Below, in pieces: positions 31,181 to 40,651 of a stretch of 64,000 nucleotides of DNA; position 1 is the stretch's first letter; each line of letters opens with the position of its first letter. Below the pieces are notes generated by a model, which saw only the letters and a program-made list of their open reading frames with translations, did not search any database and was not told the DNA's origin. The stretch is from assembly GCA_964410055.1 (NCBI GenBank), contig CAYPGK010000004.1:2831-66830 (forward strand), read 5' to 3'. A program made the position numbers and the translations under genes. This stretch comes from an uncultured Gemmatimonadaceae bacterium. GTDB lineage: Bacteria > Gemmatimonadota > Gemmatimonadetes > Longimicrobiales > RSA9.

Positions 31181-31624
31181 TCACGCCTGCCCGAGCTCCT
31201 CCCGCGCGATCCGATTCGCCTCCCGGCCCTCGAATCGGCCCTTGATCCGCGGCGCGATCCGGCCCATCACCGCGCCGATGTTGTTCGCGCCCCCGGCGAT
31301 CGCCTCGCGGACCATCTCCCGCACCTCCGCCTCCGAAAGCTGCGCCGGCAGGTACTTGCGCAGGATCTCCGCCTCCTGCTCCTCCTTCTCCGCGAGCTCG
31401 GTCCGCCCGCCGGCCCGCATCTGTTCGGCCGACTCGCGCCGGCGCTTGATCGCGCTCGAGAGGACCTCGATCACCTCGGCGTCCGACAGCTCGTGCCCCA
31501 CCTCGATCTCCCGGTTGCGCACCTCCGAGATCGTCATCGTGAGCAGCGACGTCGCCAGCTTGTCACGCCCGCGCCGCGCCTCGTTCAGGTCCTCGCGCAG
31601 CCGGTCCTTCAGCGATTCCGCCAT
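31181..31624 (-). CDS. GatB/YqeY domain-containing protein
   Basis: 147 aa from ATG 31624 (MAESLKDRLREDLNEARRGRD...), preceded by GGGGGGAGAGG. It has the typical YqeY layout (ISEVRNREIE..., ILRKYLP). Confidence 0.85.
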   Translation of the reverse strand: MAESLKDRLREDLNEARRGRDKLATSLLTMTISEVRNREIEVGHELSDAEVIEVLSSAIKRRRESAEQMRAGGRTELAEKEEQEAEILRKYLPAQLSEAEVREMVREAIAGGANNIGAVMGRIAPRIKGRFEGREANRIAREELGQA

Positions 31625-31734
31625 GCCTCTCCCCCCTCTCTCGGGCGACGGTCGATCCGCCGGATTGCGACGCCGGTCCGCCCGCTCGCCCCTCCTCATT
31701 TGCCACGCCGGCGTCGGGGCCGGCGAGCCGGGCC

Positions 31735-32082
31735 TCAACCCGGAGGCCACTCCAGCGCGCGGCCGCCCAGCACGTGCAGGTGGATGTGGTCCACCGACTG
31801 CCCCGCGTCCGGCCCCGTGTTCATGACCAGCCGGTACCCGCCGTCGGCCACGCCCTCCGACTTCGCGACCTCCTTGGCCGCCAGGTAGAGCCGGCCGACC
31901 AGCTCGGCGTCCGACGCCTCGAGCGCGTTGACCGAGGCGATGTGCCGCCGCGGGATCACCAGCACGTGTACGGGCGCCTTCGGGTCGATGTCCCGGAACG
32001 CGACCGTCTCCTCGTCCTCGCGCACGATCTTCGCCGGGATCTCGCCGGCGACGATCTTACAGAAGATGCAGTTGTCCGCCAT
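31735..32082 (-). CDS. HIT family (histidine triad) nucleotide hydrolase
   Basis: 115 aa; CIFCKI and the triad motif DHIHLHVLGG. Confidence 0.92.
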   Translation of the reverse strand: MADNCIFCKIVAGEIPAKIVREDEETVAFRDIDPKAPVHVLVIPRRHIASVNALEASDAELVGRLYLAAKEVAKSEGVADGGYRLVMNTGPDAGQSVDHIHLHVLGGRALEWPPG

Positions 32083-32180
32083 CTGGCTCCTCCTTCGCTG
32101 GCCCGCACGTCCCTCGCGGCTATGGCAGCGCCCCGCCGCGCGACGAAAGCTTCGTCCCCCAAAATTTACAAGGAGGCCCC

Positions 32181-32531
32181 ATGTCCGACCCCGTCGTCCG
32201 GGGCGCCCGCCCCGGCGCCCCCGCGCATCCCGAGTGGGTCGCGCCGCCGACGCTGCCGTGGGACGTCGACACGTGGTCCGAGGAAGCGCGTCGGTCGTAC
32301 CGTGTGGCGCTGCGCCGCCTCGGCCTGGTCGCCGAGCCGCGCCTCGCCGTCTACGACGCCGGCGCGCCGGCCGAGGCCGGACCCGGCCTGGCCCCTCTCT
32401 TCGAGCGCGCCGACGAGGTGCTGGTCGCGCTGTGGTCCGCCGGTGACCCGGAAAGTCGCGTGCCGGTCGCCGAAGCGCTGGCGCACGTGGACGCGATGCG
32501 CGGCGTCGACCCCGACGTCAACGGGCCGTGA
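32181..32531 (+). CDS. hypothetical protein
   Basis: 116 aa. A textbook AAGGAGG lies 4 nt upstream of the ATG in an AT-richer leader (AAAATTTACAAGGAGGCCCCATG). I recognise no family. The 3' end overlaps the prmA 3' end convergently by 14 nt. Confidence 0.55.
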   Translation: MSDPVVRGARPGAPAHPEWVAPPTLPWDVDTWSEEARRSYRVALRRLGLVAEPRLAVYDAGAPAEAGPGLAPLFERADEVLVALWSAGDPESRVPVAEALAHVDAMRGVDPDVNGP

Positions 32532-33399
32532 GGAGCACGGACCACCACTCGTGCTCGACGTCCTCGCGGGTGACGTCGAAGCCCGCCGCCTCTGCCGCGG
32601 CGACGACGCGGTCGGTCTCCGTCGTGAGGATCCCGCCGAGGATGGCGCGCCCCGGCGCACCGTCGCCCGCGGACAGCACGCGGCGGAACGCGGGGAGGAG
32701 CGGGATCAGCACGCCACTCAGCACGTTGGCCACGATGAGGTCGATGCGCCCCGGGCCGAGCGCGTCGAGGTACGCGTCGTCGACGAGCGCCGTCTCCAGC
32801 GCGACCGCGTCGGTCACGCCGTTGCGCTCGACGTTCTCGCGTGCATTCGGGATCGCGACCGGGTCGCTCTCGACGGCCAGGACGTCCGCGGCGCCCAGCT
32901 TGACGGCGGCGATCGCCAGGATCCCCGATCCGGTCCCCACGTCGAGGACGCTGTCGCCGGGGCGGATGGCCGCCTCGAGGAGGCGCAGCACGCCGCGCGT
33001 CGAGGCGTGCTCGCCCGTGCCGAACGCCATCTGCGGATCGATCCAGAGGACGATGTCCTCCGGGCCGGCCTCGGGCTCGGTCCAAGTCGGCGCGACGATG
33101 AGCCGCTCGCCCACGCGCCTGGGCTGCAGCCCGCGCCGCCACGTGACCGCCCAGTCTTCATTGGGCTGCCAGCGCCACGACAGCTCGAGCTCCGCACCGG
33201 GCGCGTAGGAGCGGAGCGTCTCGCGCGCTTCTTCGACGAAGGTTTCGGGGTCGTCCGGCGGCGGGAGGTATGTGCTCCACCCGTCCGCCTCTTCGACGAT
33301 CGCCGTGCCGCCCAGCGCGATCAACCCTTCCGCGATCGCGCCGCCCGCCTCATCCGAGGGGGCGTGCACCGTCAGCACCAGCCATCGATCCGGGACCAT
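32518..33399 (-). CDS. prmA: ribosomal protein L11 methyltransferase
   Basis: PrmA layout: N-terminal WLVLTVHAP..., FGTGEHASTR and SAM loop VLDVGTGSGILAIAA. The start could be ATG 33399 (preferred) or 33468. Confidence 0.88.
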   Translation of the reverse strand: MVPDRWLVLTVHAPSDEAGGAIAEGLIALGGTAIVEEADGWSTYLPPPDDPETFVEEARETLRSYAPGAELELSWRWQPNEDWAVTWRRGLQPRRVGERLIVAPTWTEPEAGPEDIVLWIDPQMAFGTGEHASTRGVLRLLEAAIRPGDSVLDVGTGSGILAIAAVKLGAADVLAVESDPVAIPNARENVERNGVTDAVALETALVDDAYLDALGPGRIDLIVANVLSGVLIPLLPAFRRVLSAGDGAPGRAILGGILTTETDRVVAAAEAAGFDVTREDVEHEWWSVLLTAR

Positions 33400-33603
33400 C
33401 GACCCGCAGCGTTCGGGGGGAAAGCTCGTCACCGCCCGGAAGGTACCGCGGCGAACGGTCGACTTCAAGCGCGCGGGCGCTCGAATTGCATTCGCGTGCC
33501 GGCGGCCGGGCCCGGCCGGGCCTTGCGACCCGGCAGGACCGGGAGCGGCGGCCGGGGATCGCCGGGACAGCGCGCGGAAATCACGGGGATCGAGGAGGGG
33601 GCA

Positions 33604-34353
33604 ATGACGAACGCGACGCGGGAGCGGGTCCGGGAGAACGTTTCAACGGAGGTGCGGCGGCGGCTGCGCCGCTGGAGGCACTGGCCGCCCGTCGGCCTCG
33701 TGCGGTTCGGCAGCCTCCGCCGTACCCGGCCCATCTGCCCGAACTGGGGCTTCGGCCGCGGCCGTCCGGTCGACCGGTACTACATCGAACGCTTCCTTGC
33801 CGCCCACGCGGCCGACATCCGCGGGCGCGTCCTCGAGATCGGCTCGGACGCCTACACCCGCGCCTTCGGCGGCGACCGCGTCACGCGGCGCGACGTGCTG
33901 CACGTCGCCGACGCCGCGCCGGGCACCACCATCGTCGCCGACCTGGCCGATGGCCGCGGCATCGAAAGCGATGCCTTCGACTGCGCGATCATCACCCAGA
34001 CGCTCCAGTGCATCTACGACGTGGCGGCCGCCGCGCGCACGATCCACCGCATCCTCCGCCCCGGCGGGACCGCCCTCGTCACGGTCCCGGGGATCAGCAA
34101 GATCAGCCGGCACGACATGGACCGCTGGGGCTACTTCTGGAGCTTCACCACGGCCTCCGCCCGGCGGCTCTTCGAGGACGCGTTCCCCCGCGGTGACGTC
34201 CACGTCGAAGCCCACGGCAACGTGCTGGCCGCCGCCGCGTTCCTCTACGGCATCGCGGCCGAGGAGCTGCGCACCCGCGAGCTCGACCACGTCGACCCGG
34301 ACTACGAGCTCCTCATCACGATCCGCGCACGGAAGGCGGGGCGGCGGAAGTGA
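33604..34353 (+). CDS. class I SAM-dependent methyltransferase (first gene of the EPS locus)
   Basis: Only the last 249 aa of the 859-aa track ORF look genuine. ATG 33604 is preceded by GAGGAGGGGG. Motifs: VLEIGSDAY (motif I-like) and ILRPGGTALVTVPG. Confidence 0.75.
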   Translation: MTNATRERVRENVSTEVRRRLRRWRHWPPVGLVRFGSLRRTRPICPNWGFGRGRPVDRYYIERFLAAHAADIRGRVLEIGSDAYTRAFGGDRVTRRDVLHVADAAPGTTIVADLADGRGIESDAFDCAIITQTLQCIYDVAAAARTIHRILRPGGTALVTVPGISKISRHDMDRWGYFWSFTTASARRLFEDAFPRGDVHVEAHGNVLAAAAFLYGIAAEELRTRELDHVDPDYELLITIRARKAGRRK

Positions 34354-35174
34354 GGCGGCCGCGGGCGCGGCGCGCCCGGATGTGGCTGCGCCGCACGCGC
34401 GCCCGCCTCCTGCCGGGCGCCGCCATACTCGGCTACCACAGCATCTCGGAAGGCGACGACCCCCTCGGCCTCGCCGTCTCGCCCGCCCGCTTCGCCGAGC
34501 ACCTCGAGGTCCTCGCCCGACGCACGCGCCCCATGCGCCTCGACGCCCTCACCCGCGCGCTCCGCGACCGACGGGTCCCGCCCCGCGCCGTCGTCGTGAC
34601 CTTCGACGACGGTTACGCCGACCTCCTCCACGCCGCGGCGCCCCTCCTCGAACGCCACGACGTCCCCGCGACGGCGTTCGTGACCACCGGCTCGCCCGGC
34701 CAGGTGTTCCCGTGGGATGCCCGCACCGCGAGCGCCCCGGCCCGGCTCCAGGACAACGCCCCTGGCTCCGGACGCAGCGACGGATCGGCGCCAATGACGC
34801 GTCGCGCACTCACCATCGCCGAGCTCGCGACGCTGGCCGGGAAGGAATGGATCGAGGTGGGCGCGCACACCATATCGCACCCGCGCCTTGCCGACCTCGA
34901 GCCGGAAGCGCAACGCAGGGAGATCCAGGGCGGCAAGGCCGCGCTCGAAGAAGTGCTGGGGCGGCGGGTGGAGAGCTTTTCCTACCCGCACGGATCGGTG
35001 GGCCGAAAGACGGTCACGCTGGTCCGGCAGGCCGGCTACGAGCGCGCGTGCACCAGCGTCTTCGACGTCGCACACGCCGGGAGCGACCGCTGGCGTCTGC
35101 CGCGCATCTGGCCGCGGGACGTGGACGGCGACGTCTTCGCCCGCTGGCTGGATGGCTGGCTGCCGCCGCGCTGA
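34350..35174 (+). CDS. polysaccharide deacetylase family protein
   Basis: 274 aa; NodB-type motifs VVTFDDGYAD and HTISHP. GTG start overlaps the previous stop (GTGA at 34350-34353). Confidence 0.85.
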   Translation: MRRPRARRARMWLRRTRARLLPGAAILGYHSISEGDDPLGLAVSPARFAEHLEVLARRTRPMRLDALTRALRDRRVPPRAVVVTFDDGYADLLHAAAPLLERHDVPATAFVTTGSPGQVFPWDARTASAPARLQDNAPGSGRSDGSAPMTRRALTIAELATLAGKEWIEVGAHTISHPRLADLEPEAQRREIQGGKAALEEVLGRRVESFSYPHGSVGRKTVTLVRQAGYERACTSVFDVAHAGSDRWRLPRIWPRDVDGDVFARWLDGWLPPR

Positions 35175-35267
35175 ACGGAGCGGCCACCGGCGCCACGACG
35201 CCGACCATGGCTCGGCGCCGGGACCGCGGCCGAGATGCGGATCAGGGTTCTGCCTGCGCCGGGCGAT

Positions 35268-35498
35268 CTACCCCCGGTGCACATCCGTGTGCGGCACCGG
35301 CGGCGGCTCGGTCACCGGCCGCTCGCCGTGCTCGATCGCCGACGGGTCGATGGGCGCCAACTCCCCTCGACGCACCGCCTCCGCCACCCGGTCCAGCGCC
35401 TCGTCGCTGCGCGATGCGACCGCGCACATCGCAATGACCAGCACGTTCACCCCCACGACGACGCCGGCGAACGCGAGCAGGATCCCCCAAACGGACAC
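35268..35498 (-). CDS. small membrane protein (hypothetical)
   Basis: 76 aa. GTG 35498 is preceded by a perfect AGGAGG 5 nt upstream. The N-terminal TM helix is VWGILLAFAGVVVGVNVLVIAMCAV. Confidence 0.6.
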   Translation of the reverse strand: MSVWGILLAFAGVVVGVNVLVIAMCAVASRSDEALDRVAEAVRRGELAPIDPSAIEHGERPVTEPPPVPHTDVHRG

Positions 35499-35721
35499 GA
35501 CTGCCTCCTGCCACTCCTTGTGGGAGCGCTCCGTGCCTCGGTTGCACGGAGCGGGTCCGCGCCCGGGAGTACCCGGACGGCCCGGATCGCGGACCGGCCG
35601 TGCGCTCGCAATTCCTGCGCCCCATCAGGAGACCCGCCCGCGGCGGGATGGGCTCCGAAATTGCATTTCCCCGCCTCCGTGTCAGGACCGAACGAGACCT
35701 CGTAGCACCGCGGTGCATGAA

Positions 35722-36411
35722 ATGATTTCCTGGATTGCGGAGGGCCCGCGCCGGCCCGACGTTCGAATCGATCAATGGCCCCGCCGCCGGGGCGCACGGA
35801 TCCTCACCGCAGCCCTCGCGGGCGCCGCACTCTTCGGACCGACCGTCGCGGCCGCACAACACCCCGTCGAGACCGAACCACAGGCGGTGCTCCTCCAGCC
35901 CGGCGACATCGTGCGCCTCAGCATCTGGCGCGAGCCCGACCTCTCCGGCGACTTCATCGTCGACGAGAAAGGGGTCGTCGTCTTCCCCAAGATCGGCCCG
36001 CGCCAGGTCACGCGGCAGTCGCCGGAAGTCCTCGAGGAGCAGCTCATCAATGCGTACCGCGAGTACCTGCGCAATCCGTCGATCGACGTCACCCTGCTCC
36101 GTCGCATCAACGTGCTCGGCGCGGTTCACTCGCCCAACGTCTACTCGGTCGACCCGACCATGACGCTGGCCGAGGTGATCGCCATGGCGGGCGGCATCAC
36201 CGATGCGGGCAACCCCGAGAAGATCGAGGTCTACCGCAACGGCGAGAAGGTCCCGCTCCGGTTCAACCCGCGCACCCGCATAGGCGACACGCCGATCCGG
36301 TCCGGCGACCACGTCTACGTCCCACAACGAAACTGGCTGCTGCGCAACTCCGGGATCGCCACCCTGATCTCGACGAGCGTCACCCTCTTCATCGCGCTTT
36401 TCACGCGGTAA
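35722..36411 (+). CDS. polysaccharide export protein (Wza-like: Poly_export + SLBB)
   Basis: Signal-like N-terminus (RRRGARILTAALAGAALFGPTVAAAQ), LQPGDIVRLSIW, VDEKGVVVFPKIG, SLBB-like GAVHSPNVY...GGI, and a C-terminal hydrophobic helix. The start at ATG 35722 is tentative. Confidence 0.8.
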   Translation: MISWIAEGPRRPDVRIDQWPRRRGARILTAALAGAALFGPTVAAAQHPVETEPQAVLLQPGDIVRLSIWREPDLSGDFIVDEKGVVVFPKIGPRQVTRQSPEVLEEQLINAYREYLRNPSIDVTLLRRINVLGAVHSPNVYSVDPTMTLAEVIAMAGGITDAGNPEKIEVYRNGEKVPLRFNPRTRIGDTPIRSGDHVYVPQRNWLLRNSGIATLISTSVTLFIALFTR

Positions 36412-36418
36412 GGCGCCC

Positions 36419-38833
36419 ATGGCCGAGAATGCGTCCGACAACGGCGGCAGGGAAGACCGCGTCGACCTGCTGGGCTACTGGCACCTGCTGAACCGCAACC
36501 GGGGGCTGATCCTCTCCGCGCTCGCCCTCACCATCGCGGTCAGCTGGCTGATCACGACGTTGACCACGCCGATCTACCGCTCGGCCGCGTCGCTGCGCAT
36601 CGACGACGTCCGCACCGACGGCCTCCCCGCCGGCGGACTGCTCAGCACCCTGCGCGGCGACAGCGAGATCGCGACCGAGATGGAGGTCCTGCGCAGCCGG
36701 ACGCTCGCCGAGGAGGTCGTCGACTCGCTCGACCTGAACCTCGTCGTGCGCGAGCCCCGCACGATCCCCCGGCAGGAGCTATTGACGGGGATCGCCGTCT
36801 CCAGGGACGCCGTCCCCGGGGAGTACCGATTGACCGCCGAGGGAAGCGGACGATTCCGCCTCGAGGACCGCCGAAGCGGCGCGCTCATCGGGTCGGTCGC
36901 CGTCGGCGAGCCGGTCCGCGTACCGGGCGCCACCTTCACCCTGCTCCCGGGTGCGAGCGAGCACGACGAGATCGTCCTCGAGATCCAGAGCTTCACCGAG
37001 GCCGTCTCCGAGCTGCGCGCCAGCCTCGAGGTCGACCGGCCGAACCGCGAGGCCAGCATCGTGACCGTCGCCTACGAGGGGCCGGACCCGCTCCTCGTAC
37101 GCGACGTCGCCAATGCCATCACGCGTCACTTCATCCGCCAGCGTACCGCGATCCAGAAGACGGAGGCTCGCAGCACCGTCGACTTCCTGCGCGAGCAGAT
37201 CGACACCATCGCCGTCCAGCTCGCCGCCGCGGAGCACGCGCTGCAGGCGTTCCGCGAGGGCGAGCTCGTCGTCAGCCTCAAGGCAGAGGCCGACGCCCGC
37301 GTCGACCACCTGGCCAGCTTCGAGGCCGAACGCGACGCCCGGGACGCCGAACGATCCGCACTCGCCAGCCTCCTGGCCGAGATCCGCGAAAGCAGCGCCA
37401 ACGGCGCCGCCGGCCCCTCGCCGTACCGACGACTGATCGGCTTCCCGACGCTCTTCCGCAACTCCAACGCGACGCACCTCCTGGCCGCGTTGACCGAGCT
37501 CGAGAACCAGCGCGCACAGCTCCTCAACCGGCGCACGGACAGAGACCCGGACGTCCAGGTCCTCTCCGAGCGGATCCGCGAGATCGAGGAGCAGCTCCGT
37601 TCTCTCACGACCGCGTATCTCCAGGGGCTCACGAACCATGTCGCCGCCCTGGATGCGACGCTCGAGCGCATCGGCGTCCAGCTCGAGCAGATCCCTGCCC
37701 GGGAGATCCAGCACGCGCGACTCCAGCGCCAGACCCACGTCCTCGAGCAGATCTACACGCTCCTCCAGACGCGCCTGAAGGAGGCCGAGATCGTCCAGGC
37801 CGTCGAGGACGCTTCCATCCGCATCGTCGACGTCGCGCTGCCCTCCACGAAGCCCATCCGGCCGCGGCCGATGCTCAACTTCGCGCTCGCCGCCTTCTTC
37901 GGCCTGATCCTCGGCATCGGCGGCGCCTTCACGCGCGAGCGACTCGACGACACCGTCAACACCCGCGACGACATCCAGTCCGCGACGGGCGTGACCGTCC
38001 TCGGGCTGATCCCGCGCATCCGCCGCGCCCACATCGCCGCCGGCGGCGCGACCGGGCACCATACTCGCCTCATCACCGGCTACGACCCCCAGAGCCCGGT
38101 CTCCGAGGCGTACCGCAGCCTGCGCACGAACATCACCTTCGCGCGGCCCGACGCCACGCCCCGCACGCTCGTGGTCACCAGCCCGACCCCGGGCGACGGC
38201 AAGACGACCAGCGCCGCCAACCTCGCCGTCACCTTCGCGCTCCAGGACCGCCGCGTCCTCCTCATCGACGCCGACATGCGGCGCGGCGTGCTGAACCTGG
38301 TCTTTCAGACCCCGCGCGACCCCGGCCTCTCCGACGTCCTCATGGGCACCGCCTCCCTCGAGGACGCCGTCCGGAAGGTCCAGGCCGGGGACGACTCGAC
38401 GCTCGACTTCCTGAGCACCGGCACCATACCGCCCAATCCCGCCGAGCTCCTCGCCTCGACGCGAATGGGCGCCCTCGTCGAGCGCCTCAACGATGAGTAC
38501 GACGCCGTCATCATCGACTCGCCGCCGCTCAACATGGTGACCGACGCCGCCGTCGTCGGACGCATCGCCGACGGCGTGCTCCTCGTCATCCGCGCCGGGA
38601 AGACCGAGCGCGACGGCCTCGCCATCGCGATGGACCAGCTCCGGCACGCCCACGTATCGGTCCTCGGCGCCGTGCTCAACGACGCCAGCGCGCTGCGCGA
38701 AGGGCGGTACTACAACCGCTACGGATACTACCAGTACGCCTTCACCGCGACCGACGGCGATGGCGGCGTGATCTCCGTCCGTCCACTCCTGCGCTGGGTC
38801 AGCCAGTTCCAGCGGCGGACGCCGAAACAGTAG
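36419..38833 (+). CDS. polysaccharide co-polymerase / BY-family tyrosine autokinase (Wzc/GumC/ExoP-like)
   Basis: 804 aa with a Wzz-type N-terminus and a long periplasmic coiled region. Walker A SPTPGDGKTT, Walker A' LLIDADMRRG, Walker B VIIDSPP, and a C-terminal Tyr cluster RYYNRYGYYQY. Confidence 0.92.
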   Translation: MAENASDNGGREDRVDLLGYWHLLNRNRGLILSALALTIAVSWLITTLTTPIYRSAASLRIDDVRTDGLPAGGLLSTLRGDSEIATEMEVLRSRTLAEEVVDSLDLNLVVREPRTIPRQELLTGIAVSRDAVPGEYRLTAEGSGRFRLEDRRSGALIGSVAVGEPVRVPGATFTLLPGASEHDEIVLEIQSFTEAVSELRASLEVDRPNREASIVTVAYEGPDPLLVRDVANAITRHFIRQRTAIQKTEARSTVDFLREQIDTIAVQLAAAEHALQAFREGELVVSLKAEADARVDHLASFEAERDARDAERSALASLLAEIRESSANGAAGPSPYRRLIGFPTLFRNSNATHLLAALTELENQRAQLLNRRTDRDPDVQVLSERIREIEEQLRSLTTAYLQGLTNHVAALDATLERIGVQLEQIPAREIQHARLQRQTHVLEQIYTLLQTRLKEAEIVQAVEDASIRIVDVALPSTKPIRPRPMLNFALAAFFGLILGIGGAFTRERLDDTVNTRDDIQSATGVTVLGLIPRIRRAHIAAGGATGHHTRLITGYDPQSPVSEAYRSLRTNITFARPDATPRTLVVTSPTPGDGKTTSAANLAVTFALQDRRVLLIDADMRRGVLNLVFQTPRDPGLSDVLMGTASLEDAVRKVQAGDDSTLDFLSTGTIPPNPAELLASTRMGALVERLNDEYDAVIIDSPPLNMVTDAAVVGRIADGVLLVIRAGKTERDGLAIAMDQLRHAHVSVLGAVLNDASALREGRYYNRYGYYQYAFTATDGDGGVISVRPLLRWVSQFQRRTPKQ

Positions 38834-38845
38834 ATCGAGACCGTT

Positions 38846-38878
38846 CCGGACGCGGCGCGGGCATCGCGCCGCGTCCGG
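38846..38878 (+). terminator. strong hairpin after the Wzc-like gene
   Basis: Perfect 14-bp stem CCGGACGCGGCGCG / CGCGCCGCGTCCGG with loop GGCAT, starting 13 nt after the TAG. There is no U-tract. Confidence 0.55.
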
Positions 38879-39159
38879 CGTGCCCGGTCCCCGGCGCCCC
38901 ACTCTGGTCCCTTCACCGCCCGCCCGCCCCGCATCCCATTGCCACCACACGACTTGGAACACACCGACCCCGAGGCTGTAGGATCCCGTCGTCCGTGACG
39001 TCCCCGCGAGTCCAGTCCTGCTGAGAGAGGTAGTTCCGAGAGATGCGACGGAGCATCGAACCCGCGACCGATGACGCGCGGGGCACCCTGCTTGCACCCC
39101 ATGCCACGCCGAGTGGCGCGCCTGCGGGCGGCCGAACCTCGATCCGGTCCCGACGGCGC

Positions 39160-40644
39160 ATGAGCGGTACGCTCTTCATCCTGGCCCTGATCGGCATCGC
39201 GTGCGAAGACTCGGGTTCCGGCACGCTGGCCACGTGCGACCCGGTGGGGAGCGAGCCACTCGCGGCGGAGGTCGCCGAGCCAGCGGTCGTGCCCGACCAT
39301 CTCCTCGACCCGCCCGCGGGGCGCCTCGCGGCGCTCGGGCCCTTCGCCTTCCGCGACACCATCTCGGTGCTGACGCTCGGACTCCGGGCGGACGGGGCGA
39401 CGGACAACACCGCGGCGCTCCAGCGGGCAATCGATGCAGCCGCGCCGGGCACCGCGCTCCACTTCCCCAGGTCGTCGCAACCGTACGTGCTCCGCGGAAC
39501 CGTCAAGCTCCGCTCAAACATCGGGCTGATCTCGGACGGCGCATCCATCGACACGCGCGCCAACCTGGGGACGGCGCTCCAGTTGAACGGCGTGACGGGC
39601 GTCGAGATCGCGGGGCTGCACTTCATCGGGCCGACGACGCCGGACACCTACTCGCGCGCCGTCACGATCGGGAAGGGCTCGAGCGGCAACCTCATCCGCG
39701 ACTCCCGCTTCCGCCACTACTACGGCGGCGCGGTCGTCGTGCAGGGGACGGAGAACACGATCCGCGGCAACACCTTCGTCGAGGTCAACAACTCGCCGCC
39801 GGAGTCGGGTGCGCACTACGGCTCGGTCCACCTCCTCTTCGGGCACAGCAACGTCATCGTCGACAACACGATCGTCGACTTCGACTGGAGCGGGATCTCG
39901 CTCTACGGCTCCAACGACAACCGCATCGCCGGCAACGTGGTCCGCACGCGGGAGGGCTTCCCCGGCCATTCGATGGGGATCTACGTCCTGGCCGGCTCGT
40001 CCGGGAACCTGATCGAGGAGAACGATGTCTCCCTCGCCCGCCACGAGTGCATCGTCCTGATCTCGAACAGCGACGTCGGGCCCGTCGAGCGGAACGTCGT
40101 CCGCAACAACCGCGCGGCGGACTGCCCGTACGCGGGGATCAGCCTCCAGAAGAACGGCAGCCACGACGTGCGCGACAACCTGATCGAAAAGAACCGCGTC
40201 GAGGCGTTCGGCCTGGGCGACCGCCACATCGATCACGCGATCCTGCTCGTCGGCGCGCGTGACAACATCGTGCGCGAGAACGACGTCCGCTCCGACGGCC
40301 GCCAGATCGAGACCGGGATCCGGACCATGCAGTCGCCCGATGGCAACGTCGTCGAAGCGAACACGATCGAGGGCGTCTCCGGCAACGGGATCATCGCGAG
40401 CGGCGCGGGGAGCCGCTACGTCGGCAACACGATCCGCCACGTGGACACCGGGATCTTCCTCTCGGACGCACGCAATGCGGTCGTGACGGGCAACGCGATC
40501 TCCGGGACGAGGCGCGGCTCGATCCGGATCGGCTCGAACGTGCGCGGCGCCCGTGTGGTCGACAACCGGCTCGACCGCCCCGTGACCGGCTCCTCCGGCG
40601 CCGGGGCGACCGTGGAGGGGAACGTCGTGGCCGGGTGCCGCTGA
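39160..40644 (+). CDS. right-handed parallel beta-helix protein (pectate-lyase-3 / glycanase-like), probable lipoprotein
   Basis: MSGTLFILALIGIAC is a lipobox-like signal. DNTAALQRAIDAAAPGTALHFP is the pectate_lyase_3-type N-terminus. Many repeats of the type N-x-I-x-x-N follow (IRGNTF, VDNTIV, IAGNVV, IEENDV, VRNNRA). The ATG 39160 start is preferred over the track start at 39043. Confidence 0.75.
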   Translation: MSGTLFILALIGIACEDSGSGTLATCDPVGSEPLAAEVAEPAVVPDHLLDPPAGRLAALGPFAFRDTISVLTLGLRADGATDNTAALQRAIDAAAPGTALHFPRSSQPYVLRGTVKLRSNIGLISDGASIDTRANLGTALQLNGVTGVEIAGLHFIGPTTPDTYSRAVTIGKGSSGNLIRDSRFRHYYGGAVVVQGTENTIRGNTFVEVNNSPPESGAHYGSVHLLFGHSNVIVDNTIVDFDWSGISLYGSNDNRIAGNVVRTREGFPGHSMGIYVLAGSSGNLIEENDVSLARHECIVLISNSDVGPVERNVVRNNRAADCPYAGISLQKNGSHDVRDNLIEKNRVEAFGLGDRHIDHAILLVGARDNIVRENDVRSDGRQIETGIRTMQSPDGNVVEANTIEGVSGNGIIASGAGSRYVGNTIRHVDTGIFLSDARNAVVTGNAISGTRRGSIRIGSNVRGARVVDNRLDRPVTGSSGAGATVEGNVVAGCR

Positions 40645-40651
40645 GCGGGAG

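Noticed and set aside
32142-32156. Small palindrome GACGAA-agc-TTCGTC in the HIT / hypothetical-gene divergent region as an operator
   Set aside because: The arms are only 6 bp and I saw no second copy in the window, so it is too short to distinguish from chance.
31774-33603. N-terminal 610 aa of the 859-aa plus-strand ORF ending at 34353
   Set aside because: This part is antisense to the HIT and prmA genes and has artefact composition. Only the last 249 aa, from ATG 33604 with a GAGGAGG Shine-Dalgarno, look like a real methyltransferase.
38954-38984. Sigma70-like promoter TTGGAA-N19-TAGGAT upstream of the beta-helix gene
   Set aside because: The 19-nt spacer is too long for a confident call, and the promoter consensus of this lineage is unknown to me.
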